Shown here piece by piece: positions 48,990 through 60,900 of a DNA stretch of 64,000 nucleotides. The position numbers and the translations under genes were made by a program. The notes below the pieces were generated by a model. The model was not told the origin of the DNA, did not search any database, and saw only the letters and a program-made list of their open reading frames with translations. Each line of letters begins with the position of its first letter. The stretch's first letter is position 1. This DNA is from Eledone cirrhosa (Eukaryota). The stretch spans positions 134,974,001 to 135,038,000 of the forward strand of contig OZ024744.1 in assembly GCA_964016885.1 (NCBI GenBank), in the 5' to 3' direction.

Positions 48990-51900
48990 AGTTAAGTTGG
49001 GGTTAAGTTAAGTTGGGGGTAAGTTAAGTTGGTGGTAAGTTAAGTTGGGGGTAAGTTAAGATGGGGTTAAGTTAAGTTGGGGTTAAGTTAATTTGGGGTT
49101 AAGTTAGGGTTAAGTTAAATTGGGGTTGAGTTAAGTTGGGGTTAAGTTAAGTTGCGGTTACGTTAATTTGGGGTTAAGTTAAGTTGGGGTTAAGTTGAGT
49201 TGGGGTTCAGTTAAGTTGCGGTTAAGTTAAGTTGGGGTTAAGTTAAGTTGGGGTTAAATTAAGTTGGGGTTACTTTAAGTTGGGGTTAAGTTAAGTTGGG
49301 GTTAAGTTAAGTTGGGGTTAAGTTAAGTTGGGGTTAAGTTAAGTTGCGGTTAAATTAAGTTGGGGTTAAGTTAATTTGGGGTTAAGTTAAGTTGGGGTTA
49401 AGATAAGTTGGGGTTAAGTTAAGTTGGGGTTGAGGTAAGTTGGGGTTAAGTTAAGTTGGGGTTAAGTTAAGTTGGGGTTCAGTTAAGTTGGGGTTAAGTT
49501 AAGTTGGGGTTAAGATGGGGTTAAATTAAGTTGGGGTTAAGTTAAGTTGGGGTTAAGTTAAGTCGGGGTTAAGTTAAGTCGGGGTTAAGTTAAGTTAGGG
49601 TTAAGTTAAGTTGGAGTTAAGTTAAGTTGGGGTTGAGTTAAGTTGGGGTTGAGTTAAGTTGGGGTTAACTTAAGTTGCGGTTAAGTTAAGTTGCAGTTAA
49701 GTTAAGTTGAGTTTAAGTTAAGTTGGGGCTAAGTTAAGTTGGGGCTAAGTTAAGTTGGGGCTAAGTTAAGTTGGGGCTAAGTTAAGTTGGGGTTCAGTTA
49801 AGTTGGTGTTAAGTTAAGTTTGGGTTAAGTTGGGGTTAAATGAAGTTGGGGTTAAGTTAAGTTGGGGTTTAGTTAAGTTGGGGTTAAGTTAAGTTGGGGT
49901 TAATTTAAGTTGGGGTTAAGTTAAGTTGGGGTTAAGTTAAGTGGTGGTTATGTTAAGTTGGGGTTAAGTTAAGTTGGGGTTAATTTAAATTGGGGTTAAG
50001 TTAATTTTGTGGTTAAGTTAAGTTGGGGTTAAGTTAAGTCGGGGTTAAGTTAATTTGGGGTTGAGTTAAGTTGGGGTTAATTTAAGTTGGGGCTAAGTTA
50101 ATTTGTGGTTAAGTTAAGTTGGGGTTAAGTTAAGTTGGGGTTAAGTTAAGTTGGGGTTGAGTTAAGTTGGGGTTGAGTTAATTTAGGGTTAAGTTAAGTT
50201 GGGGTTAAGTTAAGTTGGGTTTAAGTTAAGTTGGGGTTAAATTAAGTTGGGGTTAAATTAAGTTGGGGTTAAGTTAAGTTGGGGGTAAGTTAAGTTGGGG
50301 GCAAGTTAAGTTGGGGTTAAGTTAAGTTGGGGTTAAATTAAGTTGGGGTTAAGTTAAGTTGGTGTTAATTTAAGTTGGGGTTTATTTAAGTTGGGGTTAA
50401 TTAAGTTGGGGTTAAGTTAAGTTGGGGTTAAGTTAAGTTGGGGTTAATTTAAGTTGGGGTTGAGTTAAGTTGCGGTTAAATTAAGTTGGGTTTATATTAA
50501 GTTGGGGTTAAGTTAAGTTGGGGTTAAGTTAAGTTAGGGTTAAGTTAAGTTGGGGTTAAGTTAAGTTGGGGCTGAGTTAAGTTGGGGCTGAGTTAAGTTG
50601 GGGTTAAGTTAAGTTGGGGTTGAGTTAAGTTGGGGTTAAGTTAAGTTGGGGTTAAGTTAAGTTGGGGTTAAGTTAAGTTGGGTTTAAGTTAAGTTGGGGT
50701 TTAGTTAAGTTGGGGTTCAGTTAAGTTGGGGTTAAGTTAAGTTTGGGTAAAGTTGGGGTTAAATTAATTTGGGGTTAAGTTAAGTTGGGGTTTAGTTAAA
50801 CTGGGGTTAAGTTAAGTTGGGGTTAATTTAAGTTGGGGTTAAGTTAAGTTGCGGGTAATTTAAGTTGGGGTTAAGTTAAGTTGGGGTTAAGTTAAGGCGG
50901 GGTTAAGTTGAGTTGGGGTTGAGTTAATTTGGGGTTAACTTAAGTTGGGGGTACTTAAGGTGGGTTTAAGTTAAGTGGGGTTAAGTTAAGTTGGGGTTAA
51001 GTTAAGTTGGGGTTAAGTTAAGTTGGGGTTAAGTTAGGTTGTGGTTAAGTTAAGTTGGGGGTAAGTTAAGTTGGGGGTAAGTTAAGTTGCGGTTAATTTA
51101 AGTTGGGTCTAATTAAGTTGGGGTTAAGTTAAGTTGGGGTTAAGTTAAGTTGGGGTTGAGTTAATTTGGGGTTAACTTAAGTTGGGGGTACTTAAGTTGG
51201 GTTTAAGTTAAGTCGGGTTAAATTAAGTTGGGGTTAAGTTAAGTTGGGGTTAAGTTAAGTTGGGGGTAAGTTAAGTTGGTGGTAAGTTAAGTTGGGGGTA
51301 AGTTAAGGTGGGGTTAAGTTAAGTTGGGGTTAAGTTAATTTGGGGTTAAGTTATGGTTAAGTTAAGTTGGGGTTGAGTTAATTTGGGGTTAAGTTAAGTT
51401 GGGGTTATGTTAAGTTGGGGTTAAGTTAAGTTGGGGTTAAGTTGAGTTGGGGTTCAGTTAAGTTGCGGTTAATTTAAGTAGGGGTTAAGTTAAGTTGGGG
51501 TTAATTTAAGTTGGGGTTAAGTTAAGTTGGGGTTAATTTAAGTTGGGGTTAAGTTAAGTTGGGGATAAGTTAAGTTGGGGTTAAGTTAAGTTGGGGGTAA
51601 GTTAAGTTGGGGGTAAGTTAAGTTGGGGTTAATTTAAGTTGGGTCTAATTAAGTTGGGGTTAAGTTAAGTTGGGGTTAAGTTAAGTTGGGGTTGAGTTAA
51701 TTTGGGCTTAACTTAAGTTGGGGGTACTTAAGTTGGGTTTAAGTTAAGTGGGGTTAAGTTAAGTTGGGGTTAAGTTAAGTTGGGGTTAAGTTAAGTTGGG
51801 GGTAAGTTAAGTTGAGGGTAAGTTAAGTTGGGGTTAATTTAAGTTGGGTCAAATTAAGTTGGGGTTAAGTTAAGTTGGAGTTAAGTTAAGTTGGGGTTAA

Positions 51901-54900
51901 ATTAAGTTGGGGTTAAGTTAAGTTGGGGTTAAATTAAGTTGGAGTTAAGTTAAGTTGGGGTTAAGTTAAGTTGGGGTTAAGTTAAGTTGGGGGTAAGTTA
52001 AGTTGGTGGTAAGTTAAGTTGGGGGTAATTTAAGATGGGGTTAAGTTAAGTTGGGGTTAAGTTAATTTGGGGTTAAGTTAGGGTTAAGTTAAGTTGGGTT
52101 GGTTTAAGTTGGGGTTAAGTTAAGTTGGGGTTATGTTAAGTTGGGGTTAAGTTAAGTTGGGGTTAAGTTGAGTTGGGGTTCAGTTAAGTTGCGGTTAAGT
52201 TAAGTTGGGGTTAAGTTAAGTTGGGGTTAAGTTAAGTTGGGGTTACTTTAAGTTGGGGTTAAGTTAAGTTGGGGTTAAGTTAAGTTGGGGTTAAGTTAAG
52301 TTGGGGTTAAGTTAAGTTGCGGTTAAATTAAGTTGGGGTTAAGTTAATTTGGGGTTAAGTTAAGTTGGGGTTAAGATAAGTTGGGGTTAAGTTAAGTAGG
52401 GGTTGAGTTAAGTTGGGGTTGAGTTAATTTGGGGTTAACTTAAGTTGGGGGTACTTAAGTTGGGTTTAAGTTAAGTGGGGTTAAGTTAAGTTGGGGTTAA
52501 GTTAAGTTGGGGTTAAGTTAGGATGTGGTTAAGTTAAGTTGGGGTAAGTTAAGTTGGGGGTAAGTTAAGTTGGGGTTAATTTAAGTTGGGTCTAATTAAG
52601 TTGGGGTTAAGTTAAGTTGGGGTTAAGTTAAGTTGGGGTTAAATTAAGTTGGGGTTAAGTTAAGTTGGGGCTAAATTAAGTTTGGGTTAATTAAGTTGGG
52701 GTTAAGTTAAGTTGGGGTTAAGTTAAGTTGGGGTTAAGTTAAGTTGGGGTTAAGTTAAGTTGGGGTTGAGTTAAGTTGGGGTTCAGTTAAGTTGGGGTTA
52801 AGTTAAGTTGGGGTTAAGATGGGGTTAAATTAAGTTGGGGTTAAGTTAAGTTGGGGTTAAGTTAAGTTGGGGTTAAGTTAAGTTGGGGTTAAGTTAAGTC
52901 GGGGTTAAGTTAAGTCGGGGTTAAGTTAAGTTAGGGTTAAGTTAAGTCGGGGTTAAGTTAAGTCGGGGTTAAGTTAAGTTGGGGTTAAGTTAAGTTGGGG
53001 TTAAGTTAAGTTGGGGTTAAGTTAAGTTGGTGTTAAGTTAAGTTGGGGCTAAGTTAATTTGGGGCTGAGTTAAGTTGGGGCTGAGTTAAGTTGGGGTTAA
53101 GTTAAGTTGGGGTTGAGTTAAGTTGGGGTTAAGTTAAGTTTGGGTTAAGTTAAGTTGGGGTTAAGTTAAGTTGGGGTTAAGTTAAGTTGGGGTTTAGTTA
53201 AGTTGGGGTTCAGTTAAGTTGGGGTTAAGTTAAGTTTGGGTTAAGTTGGGGTTAAATTAATTTGGGGTTAAGTTAAGTTGGGGTTTAGTTAAGTTGGGGT
53301 TAAGTTAAGTTGGGGTTAATTTAAGTTGGGGTTAAGTTAAGTTGCGGGTAATTTAAGTTGGGGTTAAGTTAAGTTGGGGTTAAATTAAGTTGGAGTTAAG
53401 TTAAGTTGGGGTTAAGTTAAGTTGGGGTTAAGTTAAGTTGGGGGTAAGTTAAGTTGGTGGTAAGTTAAGTTGGGGGTAAGTTAAGATGGGGTTAAGTTAA
53501 GTTGGGGTTAAATTAAGTTGGGGTTAAATTAAGTTGGGGTTAAGTTAAGTTGGGGGTAAGTTAAGTTGGGGGCAAGTTAAGTTGGGGTTAAGTTAAGTTG
53601 GGGTTAAATTAAGTTGGGGTTAAGTTAAGTTGGGGTTAAGTTAAGTGGTGGTTATGTTAAGTTGGGGTTAAGTTAATTTGGGGTTAAGTTAGGGTTAAGT
53701 TAAGTTGGGGTTGAGTTAAGTTGGGGTTAAGTTAAGTTGGGGTTAAGTTAAGTTGGGGTAAATTTAAGTTGGGGTTAAGTTAAGTTGGGGTTAAGTTAAG
53801 TTGGGGTTAAGTTAAGTTGGGGTTAAGTTAAGTTGGGGTTAAATTAAGTTGGGGTTAAGTTAATTTAGGGTTAAGTTATGGTTAAGTTAAGTTGGGGTTG
53901 AGTTAAGTTGGGGTTAAGTTAAGTTGGGGTTATGTTAAGATGGGGTTAAGTTAAGTTGGAGTTAAGTTGAGTTGGGGTTCAGTTAAGTTGCGGTTAATTT
54001 AAGTTGGGGTTAAGTTAAGTTGGGGTTAAGTTAAGTTGGGGTTAAGTTAAGTTGGGGTTAATTTAAGTTGGGGTTAAGTTAAGTTGGGGTTAAGTTAAGT
54101 TGGGGTTAATTTAAGTTGGGGTTAAGTTAAGTTGGGGTTAAATTAAGTTGGGGTTAAGTTAAGTTGGGGTTAAGTTAAGTTGGGGTTAAATTAAGTTGGG
54201 GTTAAAGTAAGTTGGGGTTAAGTTAAGTTGGGGGTAAGTTAAGTTGGGGGCAAGTTAAGTTGGGGTTAAGTTAAGTTGGGGTTAAATTAAGTTGGGGTTA
54301 AGTTAAGTTGGGGTTAAGTTAAGTTGGGGTTAAGTTAAGTTGGGGTTAAGTTAAATTGGCGTTAAGTTAAGTTGGGGTAAAGTTAAGTTGGGGTTAATTT
54401 AAGTTGGGGTTAAGTTAAGGCGGGGTTAAGTTGAGTTGGGGTTAAGTTAAGTTGGGGTTAAGTTAAGTTGGGTTGAGTTAATTTGGGGTTAACTTAAGTT
54501 GGGGGTACTTAAGTTGGGTTTAAGTTAAGTGGGGTTAATTTAAGTTGGGGTTAAGTTAAGTTGGGGATAAGTTAAGTTGGGGTTAAGTTAGGTTGTCGTT
54601 AAGTTAAGTTGGGGGTAAGTTAAGTTGGGTGTAAGTTAAGTTGGGGTTAATTTAAGTTGGGTCTAATTAAGTTGGGGTTAAGTTAAGTTGGGGTTAAGTT
54701 AAGTTGGGGTTGAGTTAATTTGGGGTTAACTTAAGTTGGGGGTACTTAAGTTGGGTTTAAGTTATGTGGGGTTAAGTTAAGTTGGGGTTAAGTTAAGTTG
54801 GGGTTAAGTTAAGTTGGGGGTAAGTTAAGTTGAGGGTAAGTTAAGTTGGGGTTGAGTTAATTTGGGGTTAAGTTAAGTTGGGGTTATGTTAAGTTGGGGT

Positions 54901-57900
54901 TAAGTTAAGTTGGGGTTAAGTTGAGTTGGGGTTCAGTTAAGTTGCGGTTAATTTAAGTAGGGGTTAAGTTAAGTTGGGGTTAATTTAAGTTGGGGTTAAG
55001 TTAAGTTGGGCTTAATTTAAGTTGGGGTTAAGTTAAGTTGGGGTTAAGTTAAGTTGGGGTTAAGTTAAGTTGGGGTTAAATTAAATTGGGGTTAAGTTAA
55101 GTTGGGGTTAAGTTAAGTTGGGGTTAAGATAAGTTGGGGTTAAGTTAAGTTGGGGTTGAGTTAAGTTGGAGTTGAGTTAATTTGGGGTTAACTTAAGTTG
55201 GGGGTACTTAAGTTGGGTTTAAGTTAAGTGGGGTTAAGTTAAGTTGGGGTTAAGTTAAGTTGGGGTTAAGTTAAGTTGGGGTTAAGTTAGGTTGTGGTTA
55301 AGTTAAGTTGTGGGTAAGTTAAGTTGGGGGTAATTTAAGTTGGGGTTAATTTAAGTTGGGTCTAATTAAGTTGGGGTTAAGTTAAGTTGGGGTTAAGTTA
55401 AGTTGGGGTTAAATTAAGTTGGGGTTAAGTTAAGTTGAGGTTAAATTAAGTTGGGGTTAAGTTAAGTTGGGGTTAAGTTAAGTTGGGGTTAAGTTAAGTT
55501 GGGGTTAAATTAAGTTGGGGTTAAATTAAGTTGGGGTTAAGTTAAGTTGGGGGTAAGTTTAGTTGGGGGCAAGTTAAGTTGGGATTTATTTAAGTTGGGG
55601 TTAATTAAGTTGGGGTTAAGTTAAGTTGGGGTTAAGTTAAGTTGGGGTTAATTTAAGTTGGGGTTGAGTTAAGTTGGGGTTAAGTTAAGTTGGGGTTAAG
55701 TTAAGTTGGTGTTTAGTTAAGTTGGGGCTAAGTTACGTTGGGGCTGAGTTAAGTTGGGGCTGAGTTAAGTTGGGGTTAAGTTAAGTTGGGGTTGAGTTAA
55801 GTTGGGGTTAAGTTAAGTTGGGGTTAAGTTAAGTTGGGGTTTAGTTAAGTTGGGGTTCAGTTAAGTTGGGGTTAAGTTAAGTTTGGGTTAAGTTGGGGTT
55901 AAATTAAGTTGGGTTTAAGTTAAGTTGGGGTTATGTTAAGTTGGGGTTAAGTTAAGTTGCGGTAAAGTTAAGTTGGGGTTAAGTTAAGTTGGGGTTAAGT
56001 TAACTTGGGGTTAAGTTAAGTTGGGGTTAAGTTAAGTTGGGGTTAAGTTAAGTTGGGGTTAATTTAAGTTGGGGTTAAGTTAAGGCGGGGTTAAGTTGAG
56101 TTGGGGTTAAGTTAAGTTGGGGTTAAGTTAAGTTGGGGTTGAGTTAATTTGGGGTTAACTTAAGTTGGGGGTACTTAAGTTGGGTTTAAGTTAAGTGGGG
56201 TTCAGTTAAGTTGGGGTTAAGTTAAGTTGGGGTTAAGTTAAGTTGGGGTTAAGTTAGGTTGTGGTTAAGTTAAGTTGGGGTTAAGTTAAGTTGGGGGTAA
56301 GTTAAGTTGGTGGTAAGTTAAGTTGGGGGTAAGTTAAGATGGGGTTAAGTTAAGTTGGGGTTAAGTTAATTTGGGGTTAAGTTAGGGTTAAGTTAAGTTG
56401 GGGTTGAGTTAAGTTGGGGTTAAGTTAAGTTGCGGTTACGTTAATTTGGGGTTAAGTTAAGTTGGGGTTAAGTTGAGTTGGGGTTCAGTTAAGTTGCGGT
56501 TAAGTTAAGTTGGGGTTAAGTTAAGTTGGGGTTAAGTTAAGTTGGGGTTACTTTAAGTTGGGGTTAAGTTAAGTTGGGGTTAAGTTAAGTTGGGGTTGAG
56601 TTAAGTTGGGGTTAAGTTAAGTTGCGGTTAAATTAAGTTGGGGTTAAGTTAATTTGGGGTTAAGTTAAGTTGGGGTTAAGATAAGTTGGGGTTAAGTTAA
56701 GTTGGGGTTGAGTTAAGTTGGGGTTGAGTTAATTTGGGGTTAACTTAAGTTGGGGGTACTTAAGTTGGGTTTAAGTTAAGTGGGGTTAAGTTAAGTTGGG
56801 GTTAAGTTAAGTTGGTGTTAAGTTAAGTTGGGGCTGAGTTAAGTTGGGGCTGAGTTAAGTTGGGGTTAAGTTAAGTTGAGGTTGAGTTAAGTTGGGGTTA
56901 AGTTAAGTTGGGGTTAAGTTAAGTTGGGGTTAAGTTAAGTTGGGGTTAAGTTAAGTTGGGGTTGAGATAAGTTGGGGTTAAGTTAAGTTGGGGTTAAGTT
57001 AAGTTGGGGTTCAGTTAAGTTGGGGTTAAGTTATGTTGGGGTTAAGATGGGGTTAAATTAAGTTGGGGTTAAGTTAAGTTGGGGTTAAGTTAAGTCGGGG
57101 TTAAGTTAAGTTGGGGTTAAGTTAAGTTAGGGTTAAGTTAAGTTGGAGTTAAGTTAAGTTGGGGTTGAGTTAAGTTGGGGTTGAGTTAAATTGGGGTGGA
57201 GTTAAGTTGGGGTTGAGTTAAGTTGGTGTTGAGTTAAGTTGGGGTTAACTTAAGTTGGGGTTAAGTTAAGTTGCAGTTAAGTTAAGTTGAGTTTAAGTTA
57301 AGTTGGGGCTAAGTTAAGTTGGGGCTAAGTTAAGTTGGGGCTAAGTTAAGTTGGGGCTAAGTTAAGTTGGGGTTCAGTTAAGTTGGTGTTAAGTTAAGTT
57401 TGGGTTAAGTTGGGGTTAAATGAAGTTGGGGTTAAGTTAAGTTGGGGTTTAGTTAAGTTGGGGTTAAGTTAAGTTGGGGTTAATTTAAGTTGGGGTTAAG
57501 TTAAGTTGGGGTTAAGTTAAGTGGTGGTTATGTTAAGTTGGGGTTAAGTTAAGTTGGGGTTAATTTAAATTGGGGTTAAGTTAATTTTGTGGTTAAGTTA
57601 AGTTGGGGTTAAGTTAAGTCGGGGTTAAGTTAATTTGGGGTTGAGTTAAGTTGGGGTTAATTTAAGTTGGGGCTAAGTTAATTTGTGGTTAAGTTAAGTT
57701 GGGGTTAAGTTAAGTTGGGGTTAAGTTAAGTTGGGGTTGAGTTAAGTTGGGGTTGAGTTAATTTAGGGTTAAGTTAAGTTGGGGTTAAGTTAAGTTGGGT
57801 TTAAGTTAAGTTGGGGTTAAATTAAGATGGGGTTAAATTAAGTTGGGGTTAAGTTAAGTTGGGGGCAAGTTAAGTTGGGGTTAAGTTAAGTTGGAGTTAA

Positions 57901-60900
57901 ATTAAGTTGGGGTTAAGTTAAGTTGGTGTTAATTTAAGTTGGGGTTTATTTAAGTTGGGGTTAATTAAGTTGGGGTTAAGTTAAGTTGGGGTTAAGTTAA
58001 GTTGGGGTTAATTTAAGTTGGGGTTGAGTTAAGTTGCGGTTAAGTTAAGTTGGGTTTATATTAAGTTGGGGTTAAGTTAAGTTGGGGTTAAGTTAAGTTA
58101 GGGTTAAGTTAAGTTGGGGTTAAGTTAAGTTGGGGCTGAGTTAAGTTGGGGCTGAGTTAAGTTGGGGTTAAGTTAAGTTGGGGATGAGTTAAGTTGGGGT
58201 TAAGTTAAGTTGGGGTTAAGTTAAGTTGGGGTTAAGTTAAGTTGGGTTTAAGTTAAGTTGGGGTTTAGTTAAGTTGGGGTTCAGTTAAGTTGGGGTTAAG
58301 TTAAGTTTGGGTTAAGTTGGGGTTAAATTAATTTGGGGTTAAGTTAAGTTGGGGTTTAGTTAAGTTGGGGTTAAGTTAAGTTGGGGTTAATTTAAGTTGG
58401 GGTTAAGTTAAGTTGCGGGTAATTTAAGTTGGGGTTAAGTTAAGTTGGGGTTAAGTTAAGGCGGGGTTAAGTTGAGTTGGGGTTGAGTTAATTTGGGGTT
58501 AACTTAAGTTGGGGGTACTTAAGGTGGGTTTAAGTTAAGTGGGGTTAAGTTAAGTTGGGGTTAAGTTAAGTTGGGGTTAAGTTAAGTTGGGGTTAAGTTA
58601 GGTTGTGGTTAAGTTAAGTTGGGGGTAAGTTAAGTTGGGGGTAAGTTAAGTTGCGGTTAATTTAAGTTGGGTCTAATTAAGTTGGGGTTAAGTTAAGTTG
58701 GGGTTAAGTTAAGTTGGGGTTGAGTTAATTTGGGGTTAACTTAAGTTGGGGGTACTTAAGTTGGGTTTAAGTTAAGTCGGGTTAAATTAAGTTGGGGTTA
58801 AGTTAAGTTGGGGTTAAGTTAAGTTGGGGGTAAGTTAAGTTGGTGGTAAGTTAAGTTGGGGGTAAGTTAAGGTGGGGTTAAGTTAAGTTGGGGTTAAGTT
58901 AATTTGGGGTTAAGTTATAGTTAAGTTAAGTTGGGGTTGAGTTAATTAGGGGTTAAGTTAAGTTGGGGTTATGTTAAGTTGGGGTTAAGTTAAGTTGGGG
59001 TTAAGTTGAGTTGGGGTTCAGTTAAGTTGCGGTTAATTTAAGTTGGGGATAATTTAAGTTGGGGTTAAGTTAAGTTGGGGGTAAGTTAAGTTGGGGGTAA
59101 GTTAAGTTGGGGTTAATTTAAGTTGGGTCTAATTAAGTTGGGGTTAAGTTAAGTTGGGGTTAAGTTAAGTTGGGGTTGAGTTAATTTGGGCTTAACTTAA
59201 GTTGGGGGTACTTAAGTTGGGTTTAAGTTAGGTGGGGTTAAGTTAAGTTGGGGTTAAGTTAAGTTGGGGTTAAGTTAAGTTGGGGGTAAGTTAAGTTGAG
59301 GGTAAGTTAAGTTGGGGTTAATTTAAGTTGGGTCAAATTAAGTTGGGGTTAAGTTAAGTTGGAGTTAAGTTAAGTTGGGGTTAAATTAAGTTGGGGTTAA
59401 GTTAAGTTGGGGTTAAATTAAGTTGGAGTTAAGTTAAGTTGGGGTTAAGTTAAGTTGGGGTTAAGTTAAGTTGGGGGTAAGTTAAGTTGGTGGTAAGTTA
59501 AGTTGGGGGTAAGTTAAGATGGGGTTAAGTTAAGTTGGGGTTAAGTTAATTTGGGGTTAAGTTAGGGTTAAGTTAAGTTGGGTTGATTTAAGTTGGGGTT
59601 AAGTTAAGTTGGGGTTATGTTAAGTTGGGGTTAAGTTGAGTTGGGGTTCAGTTAAGTTGCGGTTAAGTTAAGTTGGGGTTAAGTTAAGTTGGGGTTAAGT
59701 TAAGTTGGGGTTACTTTAAGTTGGGGTTAAGTTAAGTTGGGGTTAAATTAAGTTGGGGTTAAGTTAAGTTGGTGTTAATTTAAGTTGGGGTTTATTTAAG
59801 TTGGGGTTAAGTTAAGTTGGGGTTAAGTTAAGTTGGGGTTAAGTTAAGTTGGGGTTAAGTTAAGTTGCGGTTAAATTAAGTTGGGGTTAAGTTAATTTGG
59901 GGTTAAGTTAAGTTGGGGTTAAGATAAGTTGGGGTTAAGTTAAGTAGGGGTTGAGTTAAGTTGGGGTTGAGTTAATTTGGGGTTAACTTAAGTTGGGGGT
60001 ACTTAAGTTGGGTTTAAGTTAAGTGGGGTTAAGTTAAGTTGGGGTTAAGTTAAGTTGGGGTTAAGTTAGGATGTGGTTAAGTTAAGTTGGGGTAAGTTAA
60101 GTTGGGGGTAAGTTAAGTTGGGGTTAATTTAAGTTGGGTCTAATTAAGTTGGGGTTAAGTTAAGTTGGGGTTAAGTTAAGTTGGGGTTAAATTAAGTTGG
60201 GGTTAAGTTAAGTTGGGGCTAAATTAAGTTTGGGTTAATTAAGTTGGGGTTAAGTTAAGTTGGGGTTAAGTTAAGTTGGGGTTAAGTTAAGTTGGGGTTA
60301 AGTTAAGTTGGGGTTGAGTTAAGTTGGGGTTCAGTTAAGTTGGGGTTAAGTTAAGTTGGGGTTAAGATGGGGTTAAATTAAGTTGGGGTTAAGTTAAGTT
60401 GGGGTTAAGTTAAGTTGGGGTTAAGTTAAGTTGGGGTTAAGTTAAGTCGGGGTTAAGTTAAGTCGGGGTTAAGTTAAGTTAGGGTTAAGTTAAGTCGGGG
60501 TTAAGTTAAGTCGGGGTTAAGTTAAGTTGGGGTTAAGTTAAGTTGGGGTTAAGTTAAGTTGGGGTTAAGTTAAGTTGGTGTTAAGTTAAGTTGGGGCTAA
60601 GTTAATTTGGGGCTGAGTTAAGTTGGGGCTGAGTTAAGTTGGGGTTAAGTTAAGTTGGGGTTGAGTTAAGTTGGGGTTAAGTTAAGTTTGGGTTAAGTTA
60701 AGTTGGGGTTAAGTTAAGTTGGGGTTAAGTTAAGTTGGGGTTTAGTTAAGTTGGGGTTCAGTTAAGTTGGGGTTAAGTTAAGTTTGGGTTAAGTTGGGGT
60801 TAAATTAAGTTGGGGTTAAGTTAAGTTGGGGTTTAGTTAAGTTGGGGTTAAGTTAAGTTGGGGTTAATTTAAGTTGGGGTTAAGTTAAGTTGCGGGTAAT